A stretch of DNA of 58,542 bases from Bacillales bacterium UBA3620 (GTDB taxonomy: Bacteria > Bacillota_I > Bacilli_A > RF39 > UBA660): contig DFLL01000017.1 in assembly GCA_002375205.1 (NCBI GenBank), positions 474 to 59,015 on the forward strand. The letters are read 5' to 3'. Each line of letters opens with the position of its first letter. The first letter of the stretch is position 1. Below the pieces are notes generated by a model. That model had not been told where the DNA came from. It saw nothing but the letters and a program-made list of their open reading frames with translations, and searched no databases. The position numbers and the translations under genes are program-made. This document shows positions 36,523 through 46,716 of the stretch, piece after piece.

Positions 36523-37443
36523 ATGAAAAAATATTCTAATCAAATTATTTCAATATTAACGTTCATAATTTTAATATTAGTATTACTAAATAAGGAATTA
36601 GTATCTACTTCAATTCTATCATCACTTTATATTTGGTATAATACTTTAGTACCATCAATGTTTCCTATGATAGTATTATCAGATATTCTAATAACATATA
36701 ACTCTACCAATATTATTCCAAAATTAATTACTAATAGCATATCAAAACTATTTAATATAAGTAAAAATGCAACTACTATATTTTTTTTCTCACTAATATC
36801 AGGTTTCCCCACTAATGCCGTAATTATAAAAAAAGCCGTAGACACCAATAAAATATCAACAAATGAAGGAGAACATCTCTTACTATTTTGCAATTTTGCT
36901 AACCCATTATTCATACTTCAAACAATCGGAAAATTCTATTTAAAAAATAGTACTTACGCAGTAATAATACTAATTAGTAATATATTAAGTAATATCATTA
37001 TTGGAACAATATTTAGAAAGAAAAATAATCCAAATACTAATTATATAAATTATCCAGATAAAAATCAAAGTCTAGGTATTATCTTAAAAGATGCTATTTC
37101 TAAAGCAATAAATTCCCTTTTTCTCGTTGCAGGTACCATAACCATGTTCATAATACTTACAACATTATTATCCCATATCCTTAATTTAAATAATATCCTA
37201 AAATTAACAATACAAAGTATATTAGAATTGACCATGGGTTTATCTTATCTTTCAAATCTCACTCTAGATGATACCATAAAAGTAGTCATATCTACAGCCA
37301 TTTTATCCTTTAGTGGGCTATCTATACATCTTCAAGTCTATTCAATATTAGAAAACATTAAATATAAAAATTATTTAAAAGGCCGTATACTATCAACAGT
37401 ATTATCAAGCATAATAGCCTTCATAATAATAAAAACAATTTAA
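36523..37443 (+). CDS. ylbJ: Sporulation integral membrane protein YlbJ
   Basis: W...LVPSMFP, ISGFP, N.ANP.FI, LE.T.G and FSGLSIH.Q. Confidence 0.88.
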   Translation: MKKYSNQIISILTFIILILVLLNKELVSTSILSSLYIWYNTLVPSMFPMIVLSDILITYNSTNIIPKLITNSISKLFNISKNATTIFFFSLISGFPTNAVIIKKAVDTNKISTNEGEHLLLFCNFANPLFILQTIGKFYLKNSTYAVIILISNILSNIIIGTIFRKKNNPNTNYINYPDKNQSLGIILKDAISKAINSLFLVAGTITMFIILTTLLSHILNLNNILKLTIQSILELTMGLSYLSNLTLDDTIKVVISTAILSFSGLSIHLQVYSILENIKYKNYLKGRILSTVLSSIIAFIIIKTI

Positions 37444-37466
37444 AAAGTGAGCATTTAACTCACTTA
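37442..37466. terminator. Terminator hairpin at the ylbJ 3' end, with U-tract on the minus strand
   Basis: AAGTGAG-catttaa-CTCACTT with an A5 tract on the plus-strand left side. Confidence 0.6.
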
Positions 37467-37558
37467 AACCAAAAAGGTTTCAAAATATAAGGAGACAATA
37501 GTATTACCATTATATGTAGTCCGTGATTAAAACATATGTAATACTATCATAAATATTA

Positions 37559-38359
37559 TTATCTATTTTTATCTGCATTATACTTTCTAGTATTAATAAC
37601 AATACCAAGTATTAAAATATAGCTTAAGAAATATATCCAAATTAATAAAACCATTACACTAGATAATCCTCCGTATAAAACATCAAATTTTGTAAAATAA
37701 GTAAGATAATAACTAAATATAGCAGTAAATATAATCCAAAGTATTGTCGTAGTAAAAGCTCCTACCACAACATCTCTTACCTTCAATTTTACAGATGGAG
37801 ACATAATATATATTAATATAACATTAACAAATATAACCCAAAAAGTAATTGGCCATTTAAATACATGATACATATTAATAATATTATTAGCCACAATGTT
37901 ATATCTACTCAAAAAATCTAACAATTTACCACCAAGCACAGGAATAAGTATAAGTACTAAAAGAGAAAAGACAAGCAATAACAAAATTATAACAGATTTC
38001 AATCTATCTCTAGTAACACTTCTTTTATCAACACCATACAAACTATTAGAAGCTTCTACAACAGCATACATTCCTCTTGAAGAAACATATAAAGTAAATA
38101 TATTAAGTAATCCTATAGATAAAGTGTAATTCTTACTAGAAACAATATCAATAATAACATTACTAATATAGTTAGGAATAGTATCATCTATTAAATTAAT
38201 AATTGAATCAATTGATATTGAGAAAAAGCTTGCAATTAATAAAATAATTGTAAATATCGGAATAATTGCTAAAACAAAATTATATGATAAGTATGAAGGT
38301 AAAATTCTAAGTTCAGTTAAACTTAGAATTTTTAGCACTTCTTTTATACCCTTTTTCAA
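37559..38359 (-). CDS. YihY/virulence factor BrkB family membrane protein
   Basis: LSY...LAI.P, Y..SP, GA....LW and YG.L......L.W.Y......LG..IN. Confidence 0.9.
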   Translation of the reverse strand: MKKGIKEVLKILSLTELRILPSYLSYNFVLAIIPIFTIILLIASFFSISIDSIINLIDDTIPNYISNVIIDIVSSKNYTLSIGLLNIFTLYVSSRGMYAVVEASNSLYGVDKRSVTRDRLKSVIILLLLVFSLLVLILIPVLGGKLLDFLSRYNIVANNIINMYHVFKWPITFWVIFVNVILIYIMSPSVKLKVRDVVVGAFTTTILWIIFTAIFSYYLTYFTKFDVLYGGLSSVMVLLIWIYFLSYILILGIVINTRKYNADKNR

Positions 38360-40396
38360 CTATTTTTTTCCTTGCATAATTTCTTTTTTATTTCTCATAT
38401 CAATAGTAGCCTCATTAATTGCATCATCAACTGTTTTAACATCATCAACTATCATACTATATCCTACTGATGCTCCAAAACCATATGGTAAATTTTTAAG
38501 TTCCTTATATATTTTTCTAGAATAATTAATAATATCTTGTTCATCATATCCAACCATATAGATAAGGAACTCATTACCATCAGTTCTAACAATATCCGTA
38601 TTAGCTTCCTGATTAACAATAAGTATGCTCGCAGCCTTCTTAATAACAGTATCCCCTTCTTCATGTCCATGATTATCATTTATATATTTAATATTATTAA
38701 GATCGACTATTACAAATCCCTGAGGATATATTGTATTATCATCCCATTCTTTCATTTTTAAATTCAAATAGTTCCTATTTTTTAAAGAAGTCATAGAATC
38801 AATATACTTTAATTTATCATTATTAGTAATAATAGCCTCTTTCTTTTTCCATTTTTTCAATATAATATATATACCTATCAATAATAGTATTGACAAAAGT
38901 GTTATAATAAATGCAAAAACAGTACGAGAACTATAATTATTTAAATTATAATTATAATTAAATTTAACACTATTATAATTAATCGTCTCAACATAGAAAG
39001 AAAACATCTCAGAAAAAATAGTATTCTTATTAACATCTCTTATATAGAAAGCATATTCATAAGGAAGATCTCCACGATATAATTCATTAAAATCACTAAA
39101 TTTTTTTATTTTATAATATTCATAAGTATCTTTATCAATTAAAACAATAGAATTATTAGATATCTTTCTTAATAAATCATCCGTATTATTAAAAGCCTTA
39201 AAGGATACACCCATACTTGTTGCCATATCATTTAAATACGAATCCTTAATAGTAAATACTTCCTTACCAATTAAACTCTTCATAGACATAACATTAAAAA
39301 TATCCTTAGATAATACCACGTACTCTTCTCTAAATAAAGATCTCGTTTTAATAACATCAATATTAAGTCCACTAGTATTAAAATTACCAAAAACCAAATC
39401 TAATTCACCGCTAGAAAAATCTTTTTTCATTTTATCAATATCGTCATAATAAATAATATTAAAATCAACAGCATAATTATCAGCGAAAGAATTCAAGTAA
39501 TTAGATAAAGTACCAACAATATTCTTATTTTGTTCGCCTTCATATGGCATATATGTCATATAGCCAACATTATATGGAGAACTATTATATCCCATTCTCT
39601 CAGCTTCACTAATTTTTTTATCTAAGAAATATTCATTTAAAAAACTATCCTTATAAAATATACTTTGATAATCTTTTTCAAAGCCATGATAATACTTCTT
39701 CATAATATTACGAAAAGTATTATTACCAATAGTCAAAACATATCTCTTATAAACATCTGATATGTGCATCAAAATATGCAAATCATTTCTAATAATTACA
39801 TCAACATACATATTATAAGGAATAATAGCATACTTAACTTCATCATTAGTAAGAGCTAACTCAATATCACTTATACTCTCTTTAGATAAATAGCTAATCA
39901 TATTATTATCAATTAAATAATTAGAAACAACTCCAATATCCGAAGATAATACTGCCACCTCAATATTTCCCATATCTTTAATTGAATCAATAGAAACATT
40001 ATCTTTACCAATTAAAACATAATAATCATTATAAATAACAATATCATTGTCTGTTAAGTCAACAACATTATTAACGATTCTAAAAGCATTATCTTTTAAA
40101 GAAACATTATTATTACTAGCAAAATAAGATACCTTATTAAAGCTAATACCATATTTTTCAGTAAAATTATCTAAAATATCAAAAATAACACCATTACCAT
40201 TTTTACCGTATATCGGGATATCATTAAAAACACTAACATCTATTACATTCTTTTTATTATCATTTATCCACTTTTTCTCTAATATTGAAAAAGAAGAATC
40301 ATCTTTACTATAATTTAAAATAAATATACCTAATAAAACAATAAAAACAATACCCGTCAAAGTTAAAATAAGAACCTTATTATTTCTCTTTTTCAT
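38360..40396 (-). CDS. Membrane sensor with tandem solute-binding-like domains and a degenerate GGDEF domain
   Basis: Two TM helices; D.MT.L.NR, DLNN.K..ND..GH..GD, and R-T-DGNEF in place of GGDEF. Confidence 0.85.
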   Translation of the reverse strand: MKKRNNKVLILTLTGIVFIVLLGIFILNYSKDDSSFSILEKKWINDNKKNVIDVSVFNDIPIYGKNGNGVIFDILDNFTEKYGISFNKVSYFASNNNVSLKDNAFRIVNNVVDLTDNDIVIYNDYYVLIGKDNVSIDSIKDMGNIEVAVLSSDIGVVSNYLIDNNMISYLSKESISDIELALTNDEVKYAIIPYNMYVDVIIRNDLHILMHISDVYKRYVLTIGNNTFRNIMKKYYHGFEKDYQSIFYKDSFLNEYFLDKKISEAERMGYNSSPYNVGYMTYMPYEGEQNKNIVGTLSNYLNSFADNYAVDFNIIYYDDIDKMKKDFSSGELDLVFGNFNTSGLNIDVIKTRSLFREEYVVLSKDIFNVMSMKSLIGKEVFTIKDSYLNDMATSMGVSFKAFNNTDDLLRKISNNSIVLIDKDTYEYYKIKKFSDFNELYRGDLPYEYAFYIRDVNKNTIFSEMFSFYVETINYNSVKFNYNYNLNNYSSRTVFAFIITLLSILLLIGIYIILKKWKKKEAIITNNDKLKYIDSMTSLKNRNYLNLKMKEWDDNTIYPQGFVIVDLNNIKYINDNHGHEEGDTVIKKAASILIVNQEANTDIVRTDGNEFLIYMVGYDEQDIINYSRKIYKELKNLPYGFGASVGYSMIVDDVKTVDDAINEATIDMRNKKEIMQGKK

Positions 40397-40399
40397 CTT

Positions 40400-40870
40400 C
40401 TACTCCTTATCTTTAATCCATGTAATAGAATCAAAATTATTATGCTTATTACCAGTAATAACAGTAATACCTTCCTCATTATTCCATTTTAAGAAATAAG
40501 AAAAATCATAATATTTAAGTTCTTCTTCACTATAATTATCTAAAGTATTACTAGCAATTTCTTTGGCTTTATCAAGAGTAGTTTCCTCTTTTAATACAAT
40601 TGTAGTATAAACAATCTTTCCTTGCAATCTAATATTAACATCCTCTACAGCTTCAGTAGACAAAACCTCTTCCTTAACTCCATCATATACTTCCTTATCT
40701 ATTTTTACATCTTCAATACCGCTTAGTCTATTACCATATTTATTCGAACTCTTACTAGTTAACATTCCAATAAATATAACCAAAAGAATAGCTGCTAATA
40801 CAAAACAAAGTAATATTACAACACAAAACCCTTTATTATTTCTCATCCAATTTTTAATTTTTTCTAACAT
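40400..40870 (-). CDS. Hypothetical membrane-anchored protein
   Basis: N-terminal TM helix and YGNRL.GI motif; apparent operon with the GGDEF gene. Confidence 0.7.
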   Translation of the reverse strand: MLEKIKNWMRNNKGFCVVILLCFVLAAILLVIFIGMLTSKSSNKYGNRLSGIEDVKIDKEVYDGVKEEVLSTEAVEDVNIRLQGKIVYTTIVLKEETTLDKAKEIASNTLDNYSEEELKYYDFSYFLKWNNEEGITVITGNKHNNFDSITWIKDKE

Positions 40871-40941
40871 AGTATTCCTCCTTATTAATCTAGTAATATT
40901 ATACTATAACAAAAAATATTTATCAAGAACTATCATAAAAA

Positions 40942-40966
40942 TAAAAGCACCTAAATAGTGCTTATA
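40942..40966 (-). terminator. Terminator after sigE
   Basis: AAGCAC-ctaaata-GTGCTT followed by a T-tract on the minus strand. Confidence 0.6.
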
Positions 40967-41642
40967 ACTTTATAATACTAGACAATCTTTTAATAACTTT
41001 CTTCTCTATCCTTGAAATATAAGATTGAGATATTCCAAGCAAACTAGCAACTTCTTTTTGTGTCATCTCTTTTTTACCATTAAGACCATATCTAAGTTCA
41101 ATAATTTCCTTATCCCTTTTACCAAGTTTATTAACCTCTCTATACATTAAATATCTATCATTTTCATCTTCAAGGGGCTTAGTAACAATATCCCCATCAG
41201 TACCTAAAACATCCTCTAAATGAAGTTCATTTCCCTCCGAATCAAAACTAAGACTATCTTCAAAAGAAACCTCTGTTCTCTTCTTTTTTGTCTTTCTAAG
41301 ATACATTAGTATCTCATTATCAATACATCTAGAAGCATAAGTAGCAAGCTTAATATTCTTATCATTCTGATAAGTGTTAACTCCCTTAATTAAACCAATT
41401 GTTCCAATAGATACTAAATCTTCTAGATCAATCTTCGTATTTTCATACTTCTTAGCCAAAAAAACTACAAGTCTTAAATTATGTTCAATTAATTTATCTC
41501 TAGCCTTAGTGTCTCCTTTTAAAAATAAACTAACATATTTCTCCTCTTCTTCTTTTGACAATGGTTCGGGAAGAATATCCGTACTGCCAACATAAAACAA
41601 GTAATTAAGTCTTCTAATTAAACTTCTAAGTAATTTAAACAT
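40962..41642 (-). CDS. sigE: Sporulation sigma factor E (pro-sigE)
   Basis: Y.G....LP.PL, LIEHNLRLVV, EDLVSIGTIGLIK, KLATYASRCI.NEILMYLR and GISQSYISR; follows spoIIGA. Confidence 0.95.
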   Translation of the reverse strand: MFKLLRSLIRRLNYLFYVGSTDILPEPLSKEEEEKYVSLFLKGDTKARDKLIEHNLRLVVFLAKKYENTKIDLEDLVSIGTIGLIKGVNTYQNDKNIKLATYASRCIDNEILMYLRKTKKKRTEVSFEDSLSFDSEGNELHLEDVLGTDGDIVTKPLEDENDRYLMYREVNKLGKRDKEIIELRYGLNGKKEMTQKEVASLLGISQSYISRIEKKVIKRLSSIIKL

Positions 41643-41643
41643 A

Positions 41644-42378
41644 TTATTCCCCTTTCATAACATCTTTATGCAATATAACATCTACTCCATCAATAAACCT
41701 AATATTATCAGAAAACGCTACTAGCACATTCCTAACAACATTATTATCAACTACTATATATTTAGGTTTAACACACTTAAGTAACCCATCACCGGAAACA
41801 GTATTATAAGGAACTAATAAGAATCTATCATCCCTTTCATATTTCTTATTAACAATAATAATAGGCCTATGCTTATATATATCATATAAATTATTTCCCG
41901 TATCCAAAAAACCCATTAGAGAAATATTATCTTTATCAAAGTATATGTCTACTTGATAATAATTATTATAATTATTTTTAAGTTTACTCATTTCTTTGCA
42001 ATATAAGATAGTAACTTCTCCCCCTATAACAATAATAACCAAATAATAAATAATACTATTATCAATCTTAATATTAAATAAATACAGTAGACCTCCAAGT
42101 ATTACACTAACGATATACATATAAAAAATATTCTTAATCGTATATTTAATATTTTTATATCCAAAGCATACTATACACATAACAATAATACTAAATATCT
42201 CAATAGCAATTTTATCAATATTAAAAAGTAAAAGTAATGAAGAAATACCTCCTATTAAACTCGATAAAATAATTCTAATAGTATTTGTTCTCCGCTTAAG
42301 GATATAACTAACTCCCATTATAATAATACCATCAATAACCATATTAAAAAGAAAAAATAAATCTATATACATTTTCAT
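41644..42378 (-). CDS. spoIIGA: Sigma-E processing aspartic protease SpoIIGA
   Basis: YID..F..N...D, five TM helices, and GFLDTGN.L.D....P. Confidence 0.93.
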   Translation of the reverse strand: MKMYIDLFFLFNMVIDGIIIMGVSYILKRRTNTIRIILSSLIGGISSLLLLFNIDKIAIEIFSIIVMCIVCFGYKNIKYTIKNIFYMYIVSVILGGLLYLFNIKIDNSIIYYLVIIVIGGEVTILYCKEMSKLKNNYNNYYQVDIYFDKDNISLMGFLDTGNNLYDIYKHRPIIIVNKKYERDDRFLLVPYNTVSGDGLLKCVKPKYIVVDNNVVRNVLVAFSDNIRFIDGVDVILHKDVMKGE

Positions 42379-42384
42379 AGATTT

Positions 42385-42418
42385 ATTATAATAAAAATAA
42401 GATAAATCAAATGTCGAT
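42385..42418 (-). promoter_or_regulatory. Spo0A-activated spoIIG promoter (overlaps the terminator hairpin of the pilin gene)
   Basis: 0A-like TGTCGAT at 42412-42418 (reverse), a 21-bp spacer, and TATAAT at 42390-42385. Confidence 0.65.
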
Positions 42419-42423
42419 TTATC

Positions 42424-42636
42424 TTATTCAAAAAAACTATTTTCATCACCTTGGCAATATCCACTACCAACTTTTTCTCCTTCAATATACTCCTTACCAG
42501 ATACATTACATCCCATCTTCGTAATAGCATCCTGAAGGTATCCACCAAATATTTTAACAAGTCCAATAACAAGTACCGTTATTAACGATATAATAAGCAC
42601 ATATTCGACAAGTGTCTGACCTTTTCTATTCAACAT
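42424..42636 (-). CDS. Flp/Tad-type (type IVb) pilin-like protein
   Basis: RBS GGAGGG; MLNRKG|QTLVEYVLII class III signal peptide with the EY motif; two C-terminal Cys. Confidence 0.8.
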   Translation of the reverse strand: MLNRKGQTLVEYVLIISLITVLVIGLVKIFGGYLQDAITKMGCNVSGKEYIEGEKVGSGYCQGDENSFFE

Positions 42637-42774
42637 AATAAAGCCCTCCATATCCTATATCTAAATTGTACTATATTTTTTTAACAATTGCAATAGTTAA
42701 TTGTTTATTTTTCATTTTCAAATAAGCCTATACTCACCTTAACAATATTCTTGTTTATCATTTATAATTTTTTT

Positions 42775-44451
42775 CTATTCAATTACAAACGGATTAGACT
42801 CACTACCATTTCCAGAGGAAATGGATACGCCTGATTTAAGGAAGACTGCAGGACGGACCGCACCGTCATTGCTAGCAATGCCATCGTTCAAACTGCCGCC
42901 ACCGTTAAGCACATAGAAGACATCGCTAGCATACTCCAAATCAGCGCTCGAAGACATTGTCCAATAAACTCTTCCAATAGATAACCAATTTGAACTTGTA
43001 CAACTTGAGTAGTTATTTAATGTCTGATTACACTGTGATAAATCAGCACTATATCCATAGTCACTTGCACTTATTAATCCTACTTTTCCATTCCAAGTAT
43101 TTGTTCTTTCGACTGTATCATTACATTCACTAGTTCCTTGAGTACATATCTTACCCATGTTTCCTCTTTCAGCATTGTAATGTGCATCAGCATATGAAAA
43201 TTGATCATATGCTCCTGTATACCATGTTGCTGTGTCAATTAAACTTCTTTCATTTGCTGTTAGTCCTGTATTAGCAAAACTTACATTTACTGTTGTTGTA
43301 TTAAGTTGTCCAATATATACTGTTCCTGATGATTTTTTATTCCAATATAAACTGTTATTTACACTTTCACTTTCAAATCCTGGATTTAATAATCTCATTA
43401 AATCAGATCCTTCGTAGTTTCCAGATTCACCCCACTGATTTATACCCCATCCATTATTTACAGTACTTGCGGATGTATCCCATGATAAATTAGTTGTACC
43501 TATTGGATCATTACTTATTAGTTTAATTCTTCCATCAAATACTCCCACTATTCTCCACAGTTTTTTATCTCCTGCTTGTCTTACAATATCGGGAGTGCCT
43601 GATCTTGCATCACCTGGAAATGTTATGTCAGATGTATATGTATCTCCTAGCCATACATAGTTAGATGGATTTGCTCCATAATAACGAAGATTTCCTGTAT
43701 TTGATGCACTACTGCTAGAACCAAATTGATCTCTCATTAGTCCTACATCTGATGCAAGAGAATATGTAATATTATTTACAGTAGCATTACTTTTAGTTGC
43801 ATTATTATATAAATTAGTAATATAATCTGCAGCATATACTGGTGGTGTATTATCTTCCCTAGATACCACTTCTGCTCTTATTTCTCCTATGTAAGATGCT
43901 CCCACATAGTTTTGATCTGTAGTTATTGGTCCATTTATCCATAGATATACTCGATATTTTATTCCTCCCGTAGTAGATGATACAAAGATATTATCTTGTA
44001 ATAACATATCTCCAGTAGATGTAATAGGTCCATCTTTAATAAATGTTTCTGTACTATTTTCTACTTTTACTAATGTATAATATAATCCTCCAGTTAATAA
44101 TATATCATCTGTGCTTACATTAGTAGTTAAGTATAATTTACCTAGTCCTGATACATTAGTACATCTAGGATCTAATGATAATCCTACTTCAGCATACAGT
44201 GGATTTTCTACTACTTGATTTAAATTATCTCTATTATAATTAGTCATAAACTTTATTTTAGCGGGATTTTGTTCTGTACCTAAATCTTTTCTATAATATA
44301 CTACATCAAAGCATTCTGTTGAACCTGCAATTATAATATTATTGCTCCTCCAAGTAAGCCATGCATAAGTAGCTCCTGCTACTAAAGCAATAAAACCAAA
44401 TATACCAAGTAATGATCCTATTACTTTTGATTTTTTTATACTTTCTTTCAT
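42775..44451 (-). CDS. Surface protein: SipW/TasA-type signal peptide plus a C-terminal DUF6273/C-type-lectin-like domain
   Basis: ALVAGATYAW leader; LRYYGANP.NYV, WRIVG, KVGLI..SDY.Y, YWT.S...AVRPAV.LK...SG.GS..NP. Confidence 0.75.
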   Translation of the reverse strand: MKESIKKSKVIGSLLGIFGFIALVAGATYAWLTWRSNNIIIAGSTECFDVVYYRKDLGTEQNPAKIKFMTNYNRDNLNQVVENPLYAEVGLSLDPRCTNVSGLGKLYLTTNVSTDDILLTGGLYYTLVKVENSTETFIKDGPITSTGDMLLQDNIFVSSTTGGIKYRVYLWINGPITTDQNYVGASYIGEIRAEVVSREDNTPPVYAADYITNLYNNATKSNATVNNITYSLASDVGLMRDQFGSSSSASNTGNLRYYGANPSNYVWLGDTYTSDITFPGDARSGTPDIVRQAGDKKLWRIVGVFDGRIKLISNDPIGTTNLSWDTSASTVNNGWGINQWGESGNYEGSDLMRLLNPGFESESVNNSLYWNKKSSGTVYIGQLNTTTVNVSFANTGLTANERSLIDTATWYTGAYDQFSYADAHYNAERGNMGKICTQGTSECNDTVERTNTWNGKVGLISASDYGYSADLSQCNQTLNNYSSCTSSNWLSIGRVYWTMSSSADLEYASDVFYVLNGGGSLNDGIASNDGAVRPAVFLKSGVSISSGNGSESNPFVIE

Positions 44452-44535
44452 ATTCCTATTACCTACTTTCTATATAAATGATATCATAAAAAGTATATAA
44501 AAACAAGTGCATAAACAGTGAAATTAAAAAAAGAA

Positions 44536-46683
44536 TTACTTCTTTAGTAATTCTTTTCTAGATAAATTAAGTTTACCTTTTTTATCATAGCCAGTAGCAA
44601 TAGCTATTACTTCATCTCCCACTTTAAATAAATCACTAGGTTTTTCTACTCTTACGGTATCAAGTTGTGATACATGAATTAACCCCTCACAACCAGGCCA
44701 CAATTCTACAAATACGCCAAAGTCTTGAATATCTACTACTTTACATGTATAAATCTTACCTATTTCTACTTCTCTAGCAATATTCTTGATTCTTTCGGCT
44801 GTTGCATCAATAATACTTCTATCAGTATGATAAATAATTACTCTACCATCATCCTCAATATCAACCTTAACAGCATTAATATCTGTTACTGTATTAACAT
44901 TACTACATTCTAAGATAATCTTCGTAATCATTTCACCACCACGGCCAATAACATCTTTAATCTTATCTGGATTAATCATAAATGTTTCCGTCTTAGGAGC
45001 ATACTTAGATACATCATCTCTTGGTTTATCTATTTGTTTTTCGATGACATCTAATATTTCAAATCTTGCTTTCTTAGCCTGAGCTAAAGCTTCTTTTAAA
45101 ATATCTTTATTAATCCCATCAATCTTAATATCCATTTGAAGTGCAGTTATACCATCACGAGTTCCTGCTACTTTAAAATCCATATCTCCTAAATGATCTT
45201 CCATACCTTGAATATCCGTAAGTACTGTATAATCTTTACCACTAGTAATAAGTCCCATAGCAATACCTGCTACCGGTTTTCTAATAGGTACTCCAGCAGC
45301 CATTAAAGCCATTGTACCAGCACATATTGTTGCCTGACTTGATGACCCATTACTTTCTAATATTTCACTTACTACTCTTATCGTATAAGGAAATTCTTCT
45401 TCACTAGGAATAACATAAGATAAAGCTCTTTCACCAAGTGAACCATGCCCTATTTCTCTTCTTCCAGGAGCCCCGTATCTACCAGTCTCACCTACAGAAA
45501 ACGCAGGAAAATTATAATGAAGCATAAATCTTTTTGTATCTTCAATACCAAGACCATCTAATATTTGATGTTCTCCAAGTGCTCCAAGTGTTACTGTAGC
45601 AAGTGACTGTGTTTGACCTCTTGTAAATAATGCACTACCATGTGTTCTAGGAAGAAGATCAATATCCGTAGATAGTGGTCTAATTTCATCCATCTTTCTG
45701 CCATCCGCTCTTGTCTTTTCTTTAACAACTATATTTCTAAATAATTCATATTCTACATTGTGAAATATAAGTGCTACTTTAGTAAGTAACTCTTTTAATT
45801 CTTCAGGTTTCATATTATCTTCAAATTCACTCTTATATTTTTCTACTACTTCTTCTTGTAATCCATCAATAGCGGCATATTTCTCTAATTTATCTTTAAT
45901 TCTAAGAGCACTATCAAGTCTTTCTCTAATATAAGAATCTACTTCATTCCTTAACTCATCAGAAATTTCAAGTTTCTCATATTCCATCTTTCCTTCGCCA
46001 ATCTCACTAATAATATCTTCTTGAAAAGCCACTAACTTTTTAACAGCCTCATGGCCAAATAATAAAGCCTCTAACATATCATCTTCTGAAGCCTCCATAG
46101 CCCCAGCTTCAACCATATTAATGGCATCACGAGTTCCTGCAACCGTCAAATCAATGTCTGATTTTTCAGCTTCCTCAACCGTAGGATTAATAATAAACTT
46201 ACCATCTACTCTGCCAACTTTAACTGCAGCCACTGGGCCATTAAATGGAATTTTACTAATACATGTACTAAGAGAAGATCCAAACATAGCAGTAAGTTCA
46301 GGTGAATTATCTTGATCTACTGATAAAACAGTATTGACAATTTGTACCTCATTTTTAAAATCATCTGGGAATAATGGCCTAAGTGGTCTATCAATCATTC
46401 TAGCAGCAAGAGTAGCAGCATCTGTAGGTTTTCCTTCTCTTTTAATGAATCCTCCAGGTATTTTACCAACGGAATATAACTTTTCCTGATATAAAACCAT
46501 AAGTGGAAAGAAATCAGATAATAGATTAGCAGTCTTACTAACAACAGCGGTACTAAGTACTACCGTATCACCATATCTTACAAGTACAGCACCATCTGCT
46601 TGTTTAGCAAGTTCCCCATTTTCTACAACAATCTTTCTTCCATAAAAATCTAGTTCAAATACTTTTTTCATTTCTACCTCCAT
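44536..46683 (-). CDS. pnp: Polyribonucleotide nucleotidyltransferase
   Basis: GKIPGGF.KRE, RREIGHG, ESNGSSS and GDMDFKVAG, plus KH and S1 domains. Confidence 0.98.
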   Translation of the reverse strand: MEVEMKKVFELDFYGRKIVVENGELAKQADGAVLVRYGDTVVLSTAVVSKTANLLSDFFPLMVLYQEKLYSVGKIPGGFIKREGKPTDAATLAARMIDRPLRPLFPDDFKNEVQIVNTVLSVDQDNSPELTAMFGSSLSTCISKIPFNGPVAAVKVGRVDGKFIINPTVEEAEKSDIDLTVAGTRDAINMVEAGAMEASEDDMLEALLFGHEAVKKLVAFQEDIISEIGEGKMEYEKLEISDELRNEVDSYIRERLDSALRIKDKLEKYAAIDGLQEEVVEKYKSEFEDNMKPEELKELLTKVALIFHNVEYELFRNIVVKEKTRADGRKMDEIRPLSTDIDLLPRTHGSALFTRGQTQSLATVTLGALGEHQILDGLGIEDTKRFMLHYNFPAFSVGETGRYGAPGRREIGHGSLGERALSYVIPSEEEFPYTIRVVSEILESNGSSSQATICAGTMALMAAGVPIRKPVAGIAMGLITSGKDYTVLTDIQGMEDHLGDMDFKVAGTRDGITALQMDIKIDGINKDILKEALAQAKKARFEILDVIEKQIDKPRDDVSKYAPKTETFMINPDKIKDVIGRGGEMITKIILECSNVNTVTDINAVKVDIEDDGRVIIYHTDRSIIDATAERIKNIAREVEIGKIYTCKVVDIQDFGVFVELWPGCEGLIHVSQLDTVRVEKPSDLFKVGDEVIAIATGYDKKGKLNLSRKELLKK

Positions 46684-46716
46684 CTTTCCTATAATAAGTA
46701 CTTTTTCCTAATTTAA

